Positions 9,057 to 18,827 of a stretch of DNA of 51,039 nucleotides are shown here, one piece after another. The DNA is from Deltaproteobacteria bacterium (GTDB taxonomy: Bacteria; Myxococcota; JACRCW01). A program made the translations under genes and the position numbers. How positions within the stretch are numbered: the stretch's first letter is position 1; each line of letters begins with the position of its first letter. The stretch is from assembly GCA_016218805.1 (NCBI GenBank), contig JACRCW010000106.1, positions 1-51,039 of the forward strand. Direction: 5' to 3'. The notes beneath the pieces were generated by a model. The model was given only the letters and a program-made list of their open reading frames with translations, did not search any database and was not told where the DNA came from.

Positions 9057-10100
9057 CTAACTCGGCGTGGTTGTCGTCGTGGGTTCCATGGCCGCCGGTG
9101 CGCGGCCCGCGCCGCCGCGGAACCGCAGGTACACCAGCCCGCCCACCGCCCCCACCAGAAACCCGTTGAGCGCAAACAACGTGAACACGTCCGCGCCGCG
9201 TTCGCTCCCCGCCAGGCGCACCAGGAACAGGAACGCCGCGTGCCCGGTGCCCAGCCCGCCGGGCGCCACGGGGATCATGGTCACCAGGAACGCCAGCGGC
9301 ACGCTGGCGTACACCTGCAGCGGCATGAGCTGCCGCTCGCCCATGGCCCACGCAAAGCTGGTGGACGCCAGGCCCACCACCAGGTGAATGCCGCAGCTGA
9401 CCACCATGGCCCGCAGCACCGCCCACGGCCGGTGATGGTACGCGCGCATGCCCAGGTAGAACTCACGCAGCGCCGCCACCTGGTGCACCCGCCGCTCCAG
9501 CGCGGCAAACACGCGCAGCACCAGGTCCCGCTCCTCCGGAACCAGGAACAGATAGGTGAAGAAACCCACCGTCCCCACCGCGAGCACCACGGTGAACGCG
9601 CGCAACGCCTCCAGCACCGCCGGCGGGCCCGTCAGCGTGGCGCCCACCACCTGCGCTCCGGCCACGACGATGATCAACGACGCCAGCCCCAGCACCCGGT
9701 CAAAGAAGATGGCACCGAACGCCCGCGCGCGGCGGCCCTCCACGTCCTGGCCGATGTAGTAGGCCTTCACCAGGTCTCCGGTGACCGCGCCCGGCAGCGC
9801 CACGTTGAAGAAGTTGCCAATGAACCCCAGCGCAAGCGTGCGCCGGAACGGCAACACAATGTCCTGCGCGCGCAACACAATCTGCCAGCGCCAGATGCTC
9901 AGGATGGTGGCGCTGGTCAGCAGGACGTGGCCGCCCACCGCCCAACCCAGGCCGTCCCCGTACGCGCCGCTGATCTCCTCCCAGGACAGAAAGCCCTTCT
10001 GGGCCAGGTAGTACAGCAACACGCCCACCAGCGCGGTCTTCACGGTGGCGGACAGCACGCGCCGGGCGGGCGACGCGGCAGGCAGAGCGGGAGCGTTCAT
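9057..10100 (-). CDS. Lysylphosphatidylglycerol synthase TM-domain (flippase-like) membrane protein
   Basis: 'RWQIVL', 'FIGNFFNVALPGAVTGDLVKAY', 'DRVLGL', 'IPVAPGGLG'. Confidence 0.9.
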   Translation of the reverse strand: MNAPALPAASPARRVLSATVKTALVGVLLYYLAQKGFLSWEEISGAYGDGLGWAVGGHVLLTSATILSIWRWQIVLRAQDIVLPFRRTLALGFIGNFFNVALPGAVTGDLVKAYYIGQDVEGRRARAFGAIFFDRVLGLASLIIVVAGAQVVGATLTGPPAVLEALRAFTVVLAVGTVGFFTYLFLVPEERDLVLRVFAALERRVHQVAALREFYLGMRAYHHRPWAVLRAMVVSCGIHLVVGLASTSFAWAMGERQLMPLQVYASVPLAFLVTMIPVAPGGLGTGHAAFLFLVRLAGSERGADVFTLFALNGFLVGAVGGLVYLRFRGGAGRAPAAMEPTTTTTPS

Positions 10101-10235
10101 GCGGCCGCGCACCCTAGTACGGCGGTGCCGTGGCGCGTACCGCGGTGGCGGCTCGACGGGGGGCTTCCACCGGGGTTGGCTGGGTTGCTAGAGACCGCGG
10201 GCGCCCGCGGGACGTTCCCGTGGGGCGGAGGTGGC

Positions 10236-11099
10236 GTGGGCGGGTCCAGGCTGTCCGGTGCTGTGTGCGCGTGGCTGGGCGTCCTGCTCTGGGCGGCTTG
10301 CCCCGGCCCCGGCTACCCGCGTTGCGAGCAGGACCGGCAGTGCGCGGACCGCGGCGAAGTGTGCGTCTACGGCGCGTGCCACGCGTGCGCGCTGGACAGC
10401 CACTGCGCCGCTGACAAGGTGTGCCGCCGCTACCGCTGCGAGCCGCGCGTGCAGTGCCAGGCGGCCACCGACTGCGCGGAGGGCCTGGTGTGCCGGGACC
10501 ATCGCTGCGCACCCGAGTGCCAGCTGGACAGCGAGTGCGCGGAGGGCCGGGTGTGCAAGGACCGCCGCTGCGTGGACCAGGAGGCCCGCTGCACCGCGGA
10601 CGCGGACTGCGGCGAAGGCCTGCATTGCACGGACGCGCGCTGCGTGCCCCTCCCGCCACCGGCCGAGCCGGGCTTCACGGCGGAGTACGGGACGCCGGAG
10701 AGCCCCACCAGCGGCGTGGACCCCGCCGGGGGACGGTTGTTGTGCGGGGAGGAGCTGCGCGTGTACTTCGCGTACAATGAAAGCGCGCTCAGCGACGAGT
10801 CCCGCGCGAACCTGGCGCGCGCCGCCACCTGCCTGAAGGCGTCCCCCGCGCTGGAGGTCACCGTCCAGGGCCACACCGATGAGCGCGGGGCCACCGAATA
10901 CAACCTGGCCTTGGGGGAGCGGCGGGCGCTGGCCGTCCGCCTGTTCCTGCGGGACCTGGGGGTCTCCGAGCGGCGCCTGCACCTTGTCAGTGTGGGCGAG
11001 GAACGCCCGCTGGACCCCGGACACGATGAAGCCGCCTGGGCGCGCAACCGGCGAGCCGAGCTGTACCCGCGCCTCCCGAACACAGGAGCACCCCGATGA
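10236..11099 (+). CDS. Pal/OmpA-family peptidoglycan-binding lipoprotein with about four Cys-rich repeats
   Basis: GTG start after GGAGG; lipobox WAA-C; C-x4-C-x5-C-x4-C-type repeats; 'VYFAYN', 'GHTDERGATEYNLALGERRA', 'NRRAE'. Confidence 0.88.
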   Translation: MGGSRLSGAVCAWLGVLLWAACPGPGYPRCEQDRQCADRGEVCVYGACHACALDSHCAADKVCRRYRCEPRVQCQAATDCAEGLVCRDHRCAPECQLDSECAEGRVCKDRRCVDQEARCTADADCGEGLHCTDARCVPLPPPAEPGFTAEYGTPESPTSGVDPAGGRLLCGEELRVYFAYNESALSDESRANLARAATCLKASPALEVTVQGHTDERGATEYNLALGERRALAVRLFLRDLGVSERRLHLVSVGEERPLDPGHDEAAWARNRRAELYPRLPNTGAPR

Positions 11100-12052
11100 A
11101 ACGCCCCTCCCCGTTCCACCCGTTCCTTGCGCTGGCGGTGCTGGCCGCACCCGCGTGCGTAACCACCAAGGAGGAGGGCGACCTGATGCGGCGCGACCTG
11201 GGCGCGCTGCGGGACAAGGTGGCCCAGGAGTCCGACGCGGCGGGCGAACGCACCTCTGGCATTGACCGGCGCCTCAAGGACGTGGAGGAGCGCCTGCGTG
11301 AGATGGACCAGTCCCAGAAGCAGCTGGATGAGCGCAACAGCCGCAACAAGGCGGACTTTGGCGCGGAGTTGCAGACGCTGCAGAGCGAGTTTGCCACGCT
11401 CAAGGGGACGCTGGAGACCAAGGAGTACCAGCTGCGCGAGCGCGAACTGCAGTTGGGCGCCAGCCAGGAGCAGGTGCGGGCGCTGGAGTCCCGCATTGGC
11501 GAGTTGGAGAAGAAGGTGCACGACCTGGAGGTCAAGCCCGCCGCCGTGGCCGCCCCCGCGCCGGCGCCCGCCCCCGTCCCCGCCGCGCCGGCCCCGCCGC
11601 CCAAGCCGAACTTCCCCGCGGAACGCCAGGCGCTGTATGACTTTGCCAAGAAGGCGTTTGACGACGGTGACCCCGCGCTGGCTCGCGAGGGCTTTGAGAA
11701 GTTCATCAAGGCATTCCCCAAGGACAAGGACCTGCTGGACAACGCGTACTTCTGGGCCGGTGAGACGCACTACGCGCAGAAGGCGTACGACAAGGCCATC
11801 CTCAGTTACCAGAAGGTCATCACGGACTTTCCCAAGAGCGAGAAGGCGGATGCCGCGCTGTTCAAGATGGGCCTGAGCTTCTCCGCGCTCACCTACGACG
11901 ACGACGCGCGCGTGTTCTTTGAGGAGCTGCTGCAGAAGCACCCCAAGAGCCCGCTGGCCAAGGACGCCAAGGCCAAGCTGGATGAGCTGGCCAAGCGCAA
12001 GAAGGCCGCACCCAAGCCGGCCCCCAAGCCCGCACCGGCCAAGAAGAAGTAG
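11096..12052 (+). CDS. cpoB: Tol-Pal-associated cell division coordinator CpoB/YbgF (coiled coil + TPR)
   Basis: ATGA overlap with the Pal-like gene; lipobox; coiled coil; 'NAYFWAGE', 'DFPKSEKADAALFKMG'. Confidence 0.85.
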   Translation: MKRPSPFHPFLALAVLAAPACVTTKEEGDLMRRDLGALRDKVAQESDAAGERTSGIDRRLKDVEERLREMDQSQKQLDERNSRNKADFGAELQTLQSEFATLKGTLETKEYQLRERELQLGASQEQVRALESRIGELEKKVHDLEVKPAAVAAPAPAPAPVPAAPAPPPKPNFPAERQALYDFAKKAFDDGDPALAREGFEKFIKAFPKDKDLLDNAYFWAGETHYAQKAYDKAILSYQKVITDFPKSEKADAALFKMGLSFSALTYDDDARVFFEELLQKHPKSPLAKDAKAKLDELAKRKKAAPKPAPKPAPAKKK

Positions 12053-12110
12053 GCCGCGGCGTGCTCCGGGCTGCGCCTCACGCCGCTTCCCGCTGACTCA
12101 CCGGGGGCGC

Positions 12111-13301
12111 TCACGGGTCCGCGGCGTGGTCCAGGTTCCACGAGTAGAACATGTGGTGGAACAGGTGGAAGTAGACGCGCGCGGCGACGAGCAGCGCGGT
12201 GCCCCACAGCAGGACCCCGCCCGCGCGGGGCAGGTAGCGCGCCCACAGCGGACCCAGCCGGTCCAATCGCAGCGCCGGCGGCGCCACCGCCACGGCCAGC
12301 AGCGGGTAGAGGCTGAAAACGTAGCGGCTGGCGCGCCGGTCAAACATGGAAAAGAACGCCACGTACACCACCGCGGCGGCCACGCTGCTCCACAGCGCCA
12401 CGTCCACGCGCCACCCCCGCGCCCGCGCTGACTTCGCCGCGCTCCACGCCCAGGCCAGGCTCCATGGGAAGAACCACCAGAGCACCACGCCTGCGTAATA
12501 CGCCGCATTCCGGAGCTTGCGCACCGGCGAGGCGCGCTCCTGGTCCTGCGCGTACCCCAGGTGGATGTCCAGGTACGCGCGGATGAACGAATGCCCGTTG
12601 GCCGCTGCAAACGCCACCTCATGCAGCCAGGCGGCCAGGAGCATGGCCAGCAGGCCCGCCGCCAGCGTGGCCAGCCGCCGGCGGGAGAAACCCGGCACCA
12701 GCGCCCACACCCCCAGCGCGGGCAGCGCCACCAGGCCAATGACCCCCTTGATGAGGATGCACCACGCGAACCCAGCGGCGGCCACGGCCCCGGCCCACGG
12801 ACGTCGCTCCACTTCGTGCAGCCCCCACGCGGCGGCCGCCACGCCCAGGCCAAGCGCCGTCTCATGGTTGGCGCGCAGCAGGTACTGGAACCCCGCCACG
12901 GACAGCAGGAAGGCCAGCGGGGCCAGCGCCGCGGCCTCCTCCCCGTGCCGCGCCCGCGCCAGCGCCGCCAGGAACAGCAGGGTACCCAGCAGGTAGAGGA
13001 AGTTGGGGAGCAGCGCCGCCGGGACTTCAGGGACGCCCAGGACGCCCAGCGCCGCCATGGGCCAGAAGAACACCGCCGTGTGCTCCTGGAACAGCCCCTC
13101 TTTGTAATAGTGCGCGGGCCAATGGGGACTCAGCCACGCGGACACCGGCTGCTCCGCCATGGCATGCGCCATGCGCGCGTACAGCCGGGAGTCACCGTCC
13201 TTGAACTCAAACCCTGCCAAGGACGCGCTCGCGGCGGCGACCACAAACAGCACCAACCAGGCGGCGATGAGGCGGCGCGTGAACGGCGGGGCGGCGTTCA
13301 T
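12111..13301 (-). CDS. ArnT/PMT-like (GT39/GT83) membrane glycosyltransferase
   Basis: 'DSRLYARMAHAM', 'FQEH', 'LIKG', 'FFPWS', 'RYVFSLYPLLAV'; multiple TM helices. Confidence 0.8.
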   Translation of the reverse strand: MNAAPPFTRRLIAAWLVLFVVAAASASLAGFEFKDGDSRLYARMAHAMAEQPVSAWLSPHWPAHYYKEGLFQEHTAVFFWPMAALGVLGVPEVPAALLPNFLYLLGTLLFLAALARARHGEEAAALAPLAFLLSVAGFQYLLRANHETALGLGVAAAAWGLHEVERRPWAGAVAAAGFAWCILIKGVIGLVALPALGVWALVPGFSRRRLATLAAGLLAMLLAAWLHEVAFAAANGHSFIRAYLDIHLGYAQDQERASPVRKLRNAAYYAGVVLWWFFPWSLAWAWSAAKSARARGWRVDVALWSSVAAAVVYVAFFSMFDRRASRYVFSLYPLLAVAVAPPALRLDRLGPLWARYLPRAGGVLLWGTALLVAARVYFHLFHHMFYSWNLDHAADP

Positions 13302-13345
13302 CCTACCGGCGGCTCATTCCACGCACCCTGAAGCGTGGCAACCCT

Positions 13346-13768
13346 TCATTGCGGGCGGGCGTTCTCAACACGCCAGCCGGTGCCCTCCTTCACCACCTGC
13401 ACCATCCACTTGCTGCCGTCCTTGGCATCCACCCACACGTCGGCGTTTTCGCCCGTGCTGCCCTGGAGCTGGACGGAGGTGGCCACCAGCCCGGGATACG
13501 GGTTGCCGGGCCGTGGCCTGCAGGCCAGCTCCACCGCGCTGGGAACTTGGGCGCGTGCGCCCAGGCGCCGGAACTCGTTCTCAAACTGGTCGCGGCGGTT
13601 GGCGGACAGCATGGCCCAGGCGCGGTCACACTGCCCGCGGTCCAACTGCTCCAGGAACTTGCGAACCGCGCCGTGCGGCGTGGTGTCCGTGTCCAGCTTG
13701 CAGGCGCCCAGCCCCCACGCGGCAAGCAGCGCGGCAGCCGCGGCTACCCTTGGCGTCCTCGTCGTCAT
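13346..13768 (-). CDS. Small lipoprotein, NTF2-like/DUF4878-like
   Basis: Lipobox LGA-C; 'TPHGAVRKFL...GQCDRAWAMLS', 'VKEGTGWRV'. Confidence 0.7.
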   Translation of the reverse strand: MTTRTPRVAAAAALLAAWGLGACKLDTDTTPHGAVRKFLEQLDRGQCDRAWAMLSANRRDQFENEFRRLGARAQVPSAVELACRPRPGNPYPGLVATSVQLQGSTGENADVWVDAKDGSKWMVQVVKEGTGWRVENARPQ

Positions 13769-13804
13769 GCGGGGATGATGGCACGTCCGGTACCGGGGTG
13801 CCAC

Positions 13805-14551
13805 GTGGATGCGCTGTTTGGTCACATTGTGACAATGCACGGCACGCGCCCGTGGGGCCGCGTGCTGGACGCGGGGACGGGCCGGGCGTCACTGCAGTTT
13901 GTGATGGGGCTGCAGACGGAGTCCTGGACCGCGGTGACCGGTGATGACGGCGAGGAGCGCTACCTGGCCCGCGAGCTGGGCGCGCCCGCGCGGCCGGGGG
14001 ACCGCGTGCTGACCGGGCACTGGCGCGACGCCACGCTGCTGCAGGGACAGGTGTTTGACGTGGTGCTGGCGGACTACCTGCTGGGCGCGGTGGACCGCGT
14101 GGACCCGTACTTCCAGGAGCAGCTGCTGGAACGCCTGCGGCAGCACGTCAGCGGGCGGCTGTACCTGGTGGGCCTGGAACCGCTGCCGGACCGCGCGGAC
14201 GGCGAGGGCCCCGCGGCCCTGCGTGAGCTGATGCGCCTGGCGGACGTGACGCGCCTGCTGGCCGGCGAGCGGTTGTACCGGGAGTTTCCGCTGGAGTGGG
14301 TGCAGCGGTCGCTGGTGCGCGCGGGGTTTCACGTCGTCAACGCCACGGTGTTTCCCATTGTCTACCGTACGGCGGCGGTGGACCGGCAGTTGGCGGGCTG
14401 CCGGGACCGCCTGGCGCACGTGGACGCGCCCACGCGCGCCGCGCTGGAGGCCCGCGCCGTGCGCCTGGCGGCCACCGCGCGCGATGCCGCCCGCGCGGGG
14501 GGCATCCGGATGGGGTCGGATTACGTCGTCACGGCGGAGCCTACAGCGTGA
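13805..14551 (+). CDS. Class I SAM-dependent methyltransferase-like protein
   Basis: 'WGRVLDAGTG', 'FDVVLADYLLGA', 'RLYLVGLEP'; start uncertain (13775 or 13805). Confidence 0.8.
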   Translation: MDALFGHIVTMHGTRPWGRVLDAGTGRASLQFVMGLQTESWTAVTGDDGEERYLARELGAPARPGDRVLTGHWRDATLLQGQVFDVVLADYLLGAVDRVDPYFQEQLLERLRQHVSGRLYLVGLEPLPDRADGEGPAALRELMRLADVTRLLAGERLYREFPLEWVQRSLVRAGFHVVNATVFPIVYRTAAVDRQLAGCRDRLAHVDAPTRAALEARAVRLAATARDAARAGGIRMGSDYVVTAEPTA

Positions 14552-16109
14552 AGCGGGCCAGCCACGCGTCCTGCCCGCCCGCGTGCCCCAGGGCAGCTCC
14601 GTCCACGGTGACGCCGGCGGACCACAGCGTCCCGGCCACAAACAGGTGCGTGGCATCCACGGCCACGCCATCCACGCCCACGCGTTGCCCCGCAGCACCC
14701 CACGTGCGCTCCCACACCGGTGCGCAGGCCGCGTCATACCGGTGGACAAACGCGCGCACCGTGGTGGCGGCGGCGCCGGCGGGGGATTCCACGCGGCCCC
14801 CCGCCACGACGCTGTTCTGCCCCGCCACCGCCAGCGCGGTGACCCGCGGTGTGCCGTCCCCGGTGAAGCGGCGCTTGCACAGCAGCGTGCCGTCCTCCGC
14901 GTAGCGCGCCACAAACCCGGACGCCGGGGCCGCGCCAGCACCGTCGCCAAAGTCCACCGTGCCGTCCACGGCGCCGCCCACCCACGTGGCGCCGTCCCCG
15001 TCAATGGCCACCGCCCACGCGCCGTGGAGGCCGGGGGCGCCGGTGCCCAGCGCGCGCGCCCACGTGGGACTGCCCCCCGCCGCCACGCGCGCCACCAGCG
15101 CCGTGGGCGCGCCGTTGGTGGCTCCCATGAGCGTGCCCGTCAGGTCCACCTGGTTCTCAATCACCCCCGTCAGGGACACGCCCCCCAACGGGTGCGCGGC
15201 CAGCGCGTGGATGACCTGCGCGCCACCCGTCCCCCAGCGCTTGTTCCACTGGATGGTCCCCGCGGCGCTCCACTTGGCCAGGAATGCTTCGTCATCATTG
15301 GCACCCACGCGCTGCAGCGGCCCCAGCCCAAGGTCCATGCGCCCGCGGAAGGACCCGCCCACGTACATGGCCCCCGTCCCGTCAACGGCAATGGCCCTGC
15401 CGTCAATCACGCGGTCCCCCGCCTCCGAATGGTACGTGCGCGACCACTGCGGCGCGCCGTCCAGCAGGTAGGAGGCGATGAACAGGTCCCGCGCGCCGGT
15501 GGCGGTGACGGGGAGTTGGCCCAGGTCCGCGGTCCCTTCAAACGCGCCGGCCACGTACAACAGCGCGCCCACGGTGGTCAGACCCAACGCGTCCGGTGGC
15601 CACGGACTGGCGCCGCCTTCAGCGGGGCGGCGGCTCCAACGCCCAAACCCGCTGGCCTCCACGCGTCCCCACACAATGTCCGCAATGGCCGCGGTGGCCA
15701 CTTCCGTGGTGGAGGTCCCCCCCACGCCAAACTGCCCGGACCCGTGGCCCGCCCACAGCGCGCCGCCCGCGCCGTCTGCGCGCAGGGTGTTGAACCGCTG
15801 GTCCGCGCCGTCCCCGTACACGCACACCCAATCCAATGCGGCCGGGCCCGTGGCCGGCACGGGCGGCGTGGTGCAGTGGGCGGGCAGTCCGCCGGATGCC
15901 GTGGAGGTGCCGGATGACCCGCCGCTCCCGGATGAACCGGAGGAGGACAAGCTGCCCGCGGCCGACGAGGCGCCCACGGCGGAGGACGACGCGCCGGTCC
16001 CGGAGGCGACGCCGGATGAGCCGGTGCCGGAGTCGTCGTCGTCATCCGCCGGTGGCGTGGTGCAGCCAACGGTGAGGGCAAGCAGCAGGAGCCGGGCGGG
16101 GTGGCGCAT
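14541..16109 (-). CDS. Secreted lipoprotein with Ser/Gly linker and beta-propeller (SBBP-like) repeats
   Basis: GGAGG RBS; lipobox VG-C; repeats 'AIAVDGTGAMYVGGSF.G', 'AFLAK.S..G...W...G'. Confidence 0.8.
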   Translation of the reverse strand: MRHPARLLLLALTVGCTTPPADDDDDSGTGSSGVASGTGASSSAVGASSAAGSLSSSGSSGSGGSSGTSTASGGLPAHCTTPPVPATGPAALDWVCVYGDGADQRFNTLRADGAGGALWAGHGSGQFGVGGTSTTEVATAAIADIVWGRVEASGFGRWSRRPAEGGASPWPPDALGLTTVGALLYVAGAFEGTADLGQLPVTATGARDLFIASYLLDGAPQWSRTYHSEAGDRVIDGRAIAVDGTGAMYVGGSFRGRMDLGLGPLQRVGANDDEAFLAKWSAAGTIQWNKRWGTGGAQVIHALAAHPLGGVSLTGVIENQVDLTGTLMGATNGAPTALVARVAAGGSPTWARALGTGAPGLHGAWAVAIDGDGATWVGGAVDGTVDFGDGAGAAPASGFVARYAEDGTLLCKRRFTGDGTPRVTALAVAGQNSVVAGGRVESPAGAAATTVRAFVHRYDAACAPVWERTWGAAGQRVGVDGVAVDATHLFVAGTLWSAGVTVDGAALGHAGGQDAWLARFTL

Positions 16110-16127
16110 GAAACCTCCGTGCGTGGC

Positions 16128-16712
16128 TCAGGGGGGCGGCGCGCCGTGCGGTGAGGCGCGGTGCGTGAGCGGCCCGTCATACTGCAGGCAGAAGAACGAC
16201 GGCGTCCGGATGCGCCCCAGCCCCAGGTGGACGTAGGAGAAGCCCAGCAGCAGCGTGCGGCTGCCCGCGTCCAGCGCCACCAACGGGTCCCGCATGGTGC
16301 GCAACGCGTCCCACGGCGCGTTGCCGCCGCGGCCGTAGTCCAACATCAGGCCGCGCGTGATGCCGTAGGGCGCGGCGTATTCCTCCAGCGGGCGCACCTC
16401 AAAGTGGCCAAAGGTGAAGGGTGCACCGTCATGCAGCAGCGGCTGGTAGGGCGGGTCCAGGCCGGTCTGCTGGATGCGGACGTTCCAGCCGCGCAGCGCG
16501 CCCGTCCGCGGGTCCCGGTGGAACGCCTTGCGGAACGTCTTCCAGCTGAGGGCCTCCACCCACGCCGGCAGGCCCAGGCTGATGCCGCGGTATTCGGCGT
16601 CCTCCAGCCACGCCGGGTCAATCGCGTGGCCCGCGCGCAGCAGCGCCAGCATGGCGGGCCGTTTCATGCGCAACAACTCGGGTACGCGCGGGTGATGCGC
16701 CGTCGGGTCCAT
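16128..16712 (-). CDS. Hypothetical protein
   Basis: Globular-looking ORF ('EYRGISLG', 'WKTFRKAF', 'GWNVR', 'LDYG', 'RDPLV') downstream of kup. Confidence 0.7.
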   Translation of the reverse strand: MDPTAHHPRVPELLRMKRPAMLALLRAGHAIDPAWLEDAEYRGISLGLPAWVEALSWKTFRKAFHRDPRTGALRGWNVRIQQTGLDPPYQPLLHDGAPFTFGHFEVRPLEEYAAPYGITRGLMLDYGRGGNAPWDALRTMRDPLVALDAGSRTLLLGFSYVHLGLGRIRTPSFFCLQYDGPLTHRASPHGAPPP

Positions 16713-16759
16713 CACGGAATTCTCCGCCCCGCTCCGCCGGCCCGTCAACGCAGCACGGG

Positions 16760-18685
16760 TCACAGGTCCAGCTGCATGCCCAGCTCCACCACCCGGTCCG
16801 GCGGGATGCCAAAGTACGCCGTGGCCGTGCGCGCGTTGCGGGACAGGAACCCGAACAGCGTCTCCGCCCACACCCCCATCCGCCCGCGCTTGCCCGCAAC
16901 AAACGTCTCTCGCCCCAGGTAGTAGGTGGCGTCATCCAGGCGGAGCGGAAAGCCCAGCTTCTCCTGCGCCTGCTGCAGCAACGCTGGCACGTTGACCGTC
17001 TGCATGAACCCCAGGTGCACGTGCACGCGGTGGAAACCCTTGCCCAGCGCCGTGACGGTGATGCGCTCCGCCTTGGGGATGCGCGGCACGTGTTCGGTGG
17101 TCATGGTGAACAGGATTACCACCTCATGCAGCACGCGGTTGTGGCGGACATGGTGCAGCATGATGGGCGGCACGCCGTCCGCGTTGGAGGACATGAACAC
17201 CGCCAGGCCGGGCACCCGCGTGTGGACCTCCTTGTCAATGTCGCGCAGGAAGTCATCCATCCGGCGGGTGTGGGTGACGATGTATTCGCCCAGGAAGCCG
17301 CGGCCGCGCTTCCAGGTCACCATCACCACAAAGCACAGCGCGCCAATCATCACCGGGACGTACCCGCCGTCCGCAAACTTGAGCAGGTTGGCGCCCAGGA
17401 AGGACAGGTCAAAGGCGAGAAACAGCACCAGCAGCGCGGCGGACTTGTACAGCGGCCAGCGCCACTGGTGCTGCGTGACCACAAAGAACACCACGGAGGT
17501 GATGGCCATGGTCCCCGTCACCGCAATGCCGTACGCGGCGGCCAGCGCGCTGGAGGACTTGAACGCCCACACCAGCACCACGCAGGAAAACGCCAGCGCC
17601 CAGTTCACTTCCGGGACGTAGATCTGCCCTTCCGCTTCGGCGGAGGTGTGCACCACGCTCACGCGCGGGAAGTACCCCAGCTGCACCGCCTGCGTGGTCA
17701 GCGAAAACGCCCCGGAGATGAGCGCCTGCGACGCGATCACCGTGGCGATGGTGGAGAGTGCCACCAGCGCGTAGGTGAGCAACCCGCGCGGCACCATGGC
17801 AAAGAACGGGTTTTCCGCCGCCTCCGGGTGCGCAATGATCAGCGCGCCCTGGCCGAAGTAGTTCAGCACCAGGCACGGCATCACCATGGTGAACCACGCC
17901 AGGCTGATGGGCCGGCGGCCAAAGTGACCCATGTCCGCGTACAACGCCTCGCCGCCCGTCACCACCAGCACCACGCTGCCCAGCACCACAAAGCCCTTCC
18001 ATTGGTGCTCCGCCATGAAGCCCACCGCATGCAGCGGATTGAGGGCGCCCAGCACGCCCGGAAAGTCCCAGATATGCACCAGCCCCAGCACGCCCAGCAC
18101 CACAAACCACGCGGCCATCACCGGGCCAAACACGCGCCCCACCGCTTCCGTGCCGTGGGACTGGATGGCGAACAGTCCCACGAGAATGACGATGGTCACC
18201 GGCACGACGACGGGCTTGAGCGTGTCAGTGGCCACTTCCAGGCCCTCCACGGCGGACAGCACGCTGATGGCCGGCGTGATGACACCGTCGCCGTACAGCA
18301 GCGCGGCGCCAAAGATCACCAGCGCGCCCAGCGGGCCCACAAAACGCGGGTGGCTGCGCTTGAACTGCTCCGGACACAGCGCCAGCAGCGCCAGGATGCC
18401 GCCTTCACCGCGGTTGTCCGCGCGCAGGATGAAACCCAGGTATTTGACCGCCACCACCACGGTGAGTGACCAGAGCACCAGGCTCAGCAGGCCAAGCACG
18501 TTGGCGGCGTTCACGGCCACCCCGTGCGCGGGGTTCACGCATTCCTTGAGCGCGTACAGCGGACTGGTCCCAATGTCGCCGAAGACGACGCCCAGTGCCG
18601 TGAGCGCAAGCACGGGCGTCCGGGATTCTGGAGGGCGCACCGGCATGGGAGGAACGGAATCAAAGCTTCCGGATGCGCTGGACAT
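16760..18685 (-). CDS. kup: KUP/HAK/KT potassium transporter
   Basis: 'GVVFGDIGTSPLYA', 'ADNRGEGG', 'GDGVITPAISVLSAVEG', 'EALYADMGHFG', 'GQIYVP'. Confidence 0.97.
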   Translation of the reverse strand: MSSASGSFDSVPPMPVRPPESRTPVLALTALGVVFGDIGTSPLYALKECVNPAHGVAVNAANVLGLLSLVLWSLTVVVAVKYLGFILRADNRGEGGILALLALCPEQFKRSHPRFVGPLGALVIFGAALLYGDGVITPAISVLSAVEGLEVATDTLKPVVVPVTIVILVGLFAIQSHGTEAVGRVFGPVMAAWFVVLGVLGLVHIWDFPGVLGALNPLHAVGFMAEHQWKGFVVLGSVVLVVTGGEALYADMGHFGRRPISLAWFTMVMPCLVLNYFGQGALIIAHPEAAENPFFAMVPRGLLTYALVALSTIATVIASQALISGAFSLTTQAVQLGYFPRVSVVHTSAEAEGQIYVPEVNWALAFSCVVLVWAFKSSSALAAAYGIAVTGTMAITSVVFFVVTQHQWRWPLYKSAALLVLFLAFDLSFLGANLLKFADGGYVPVMIGALCFVVMVTWKRGRGFLGEYIVTHTRRMDDFLRDIDKEVHTRVPGLAVFMSSNADGVPPIMLHHVRHNRVLHEVVILFTMTTEHVPRIPKAERITVTALGKGFHRVHVHLGFMQTVNVPALLQQAQEKLGFPLRLDDATYYLGRETFVAGKRGRMGVWAETLFGFLSRNARTATAYFGIPPDRVVELGMQLDL

Positions 18686-18827
18686 GCCGGGGGGGATAGA
18701 GCCCGTGCCCAGGACGCGTCAAAAGGCGGCGCGCGCCACACACTTCTTGACGAACGTGGATGTGCCACGGACGGCGGGTTTGGGTAAGACCGCGTGCCGT
18801 CCCGCACACGTCAGGAACGGAACACCC

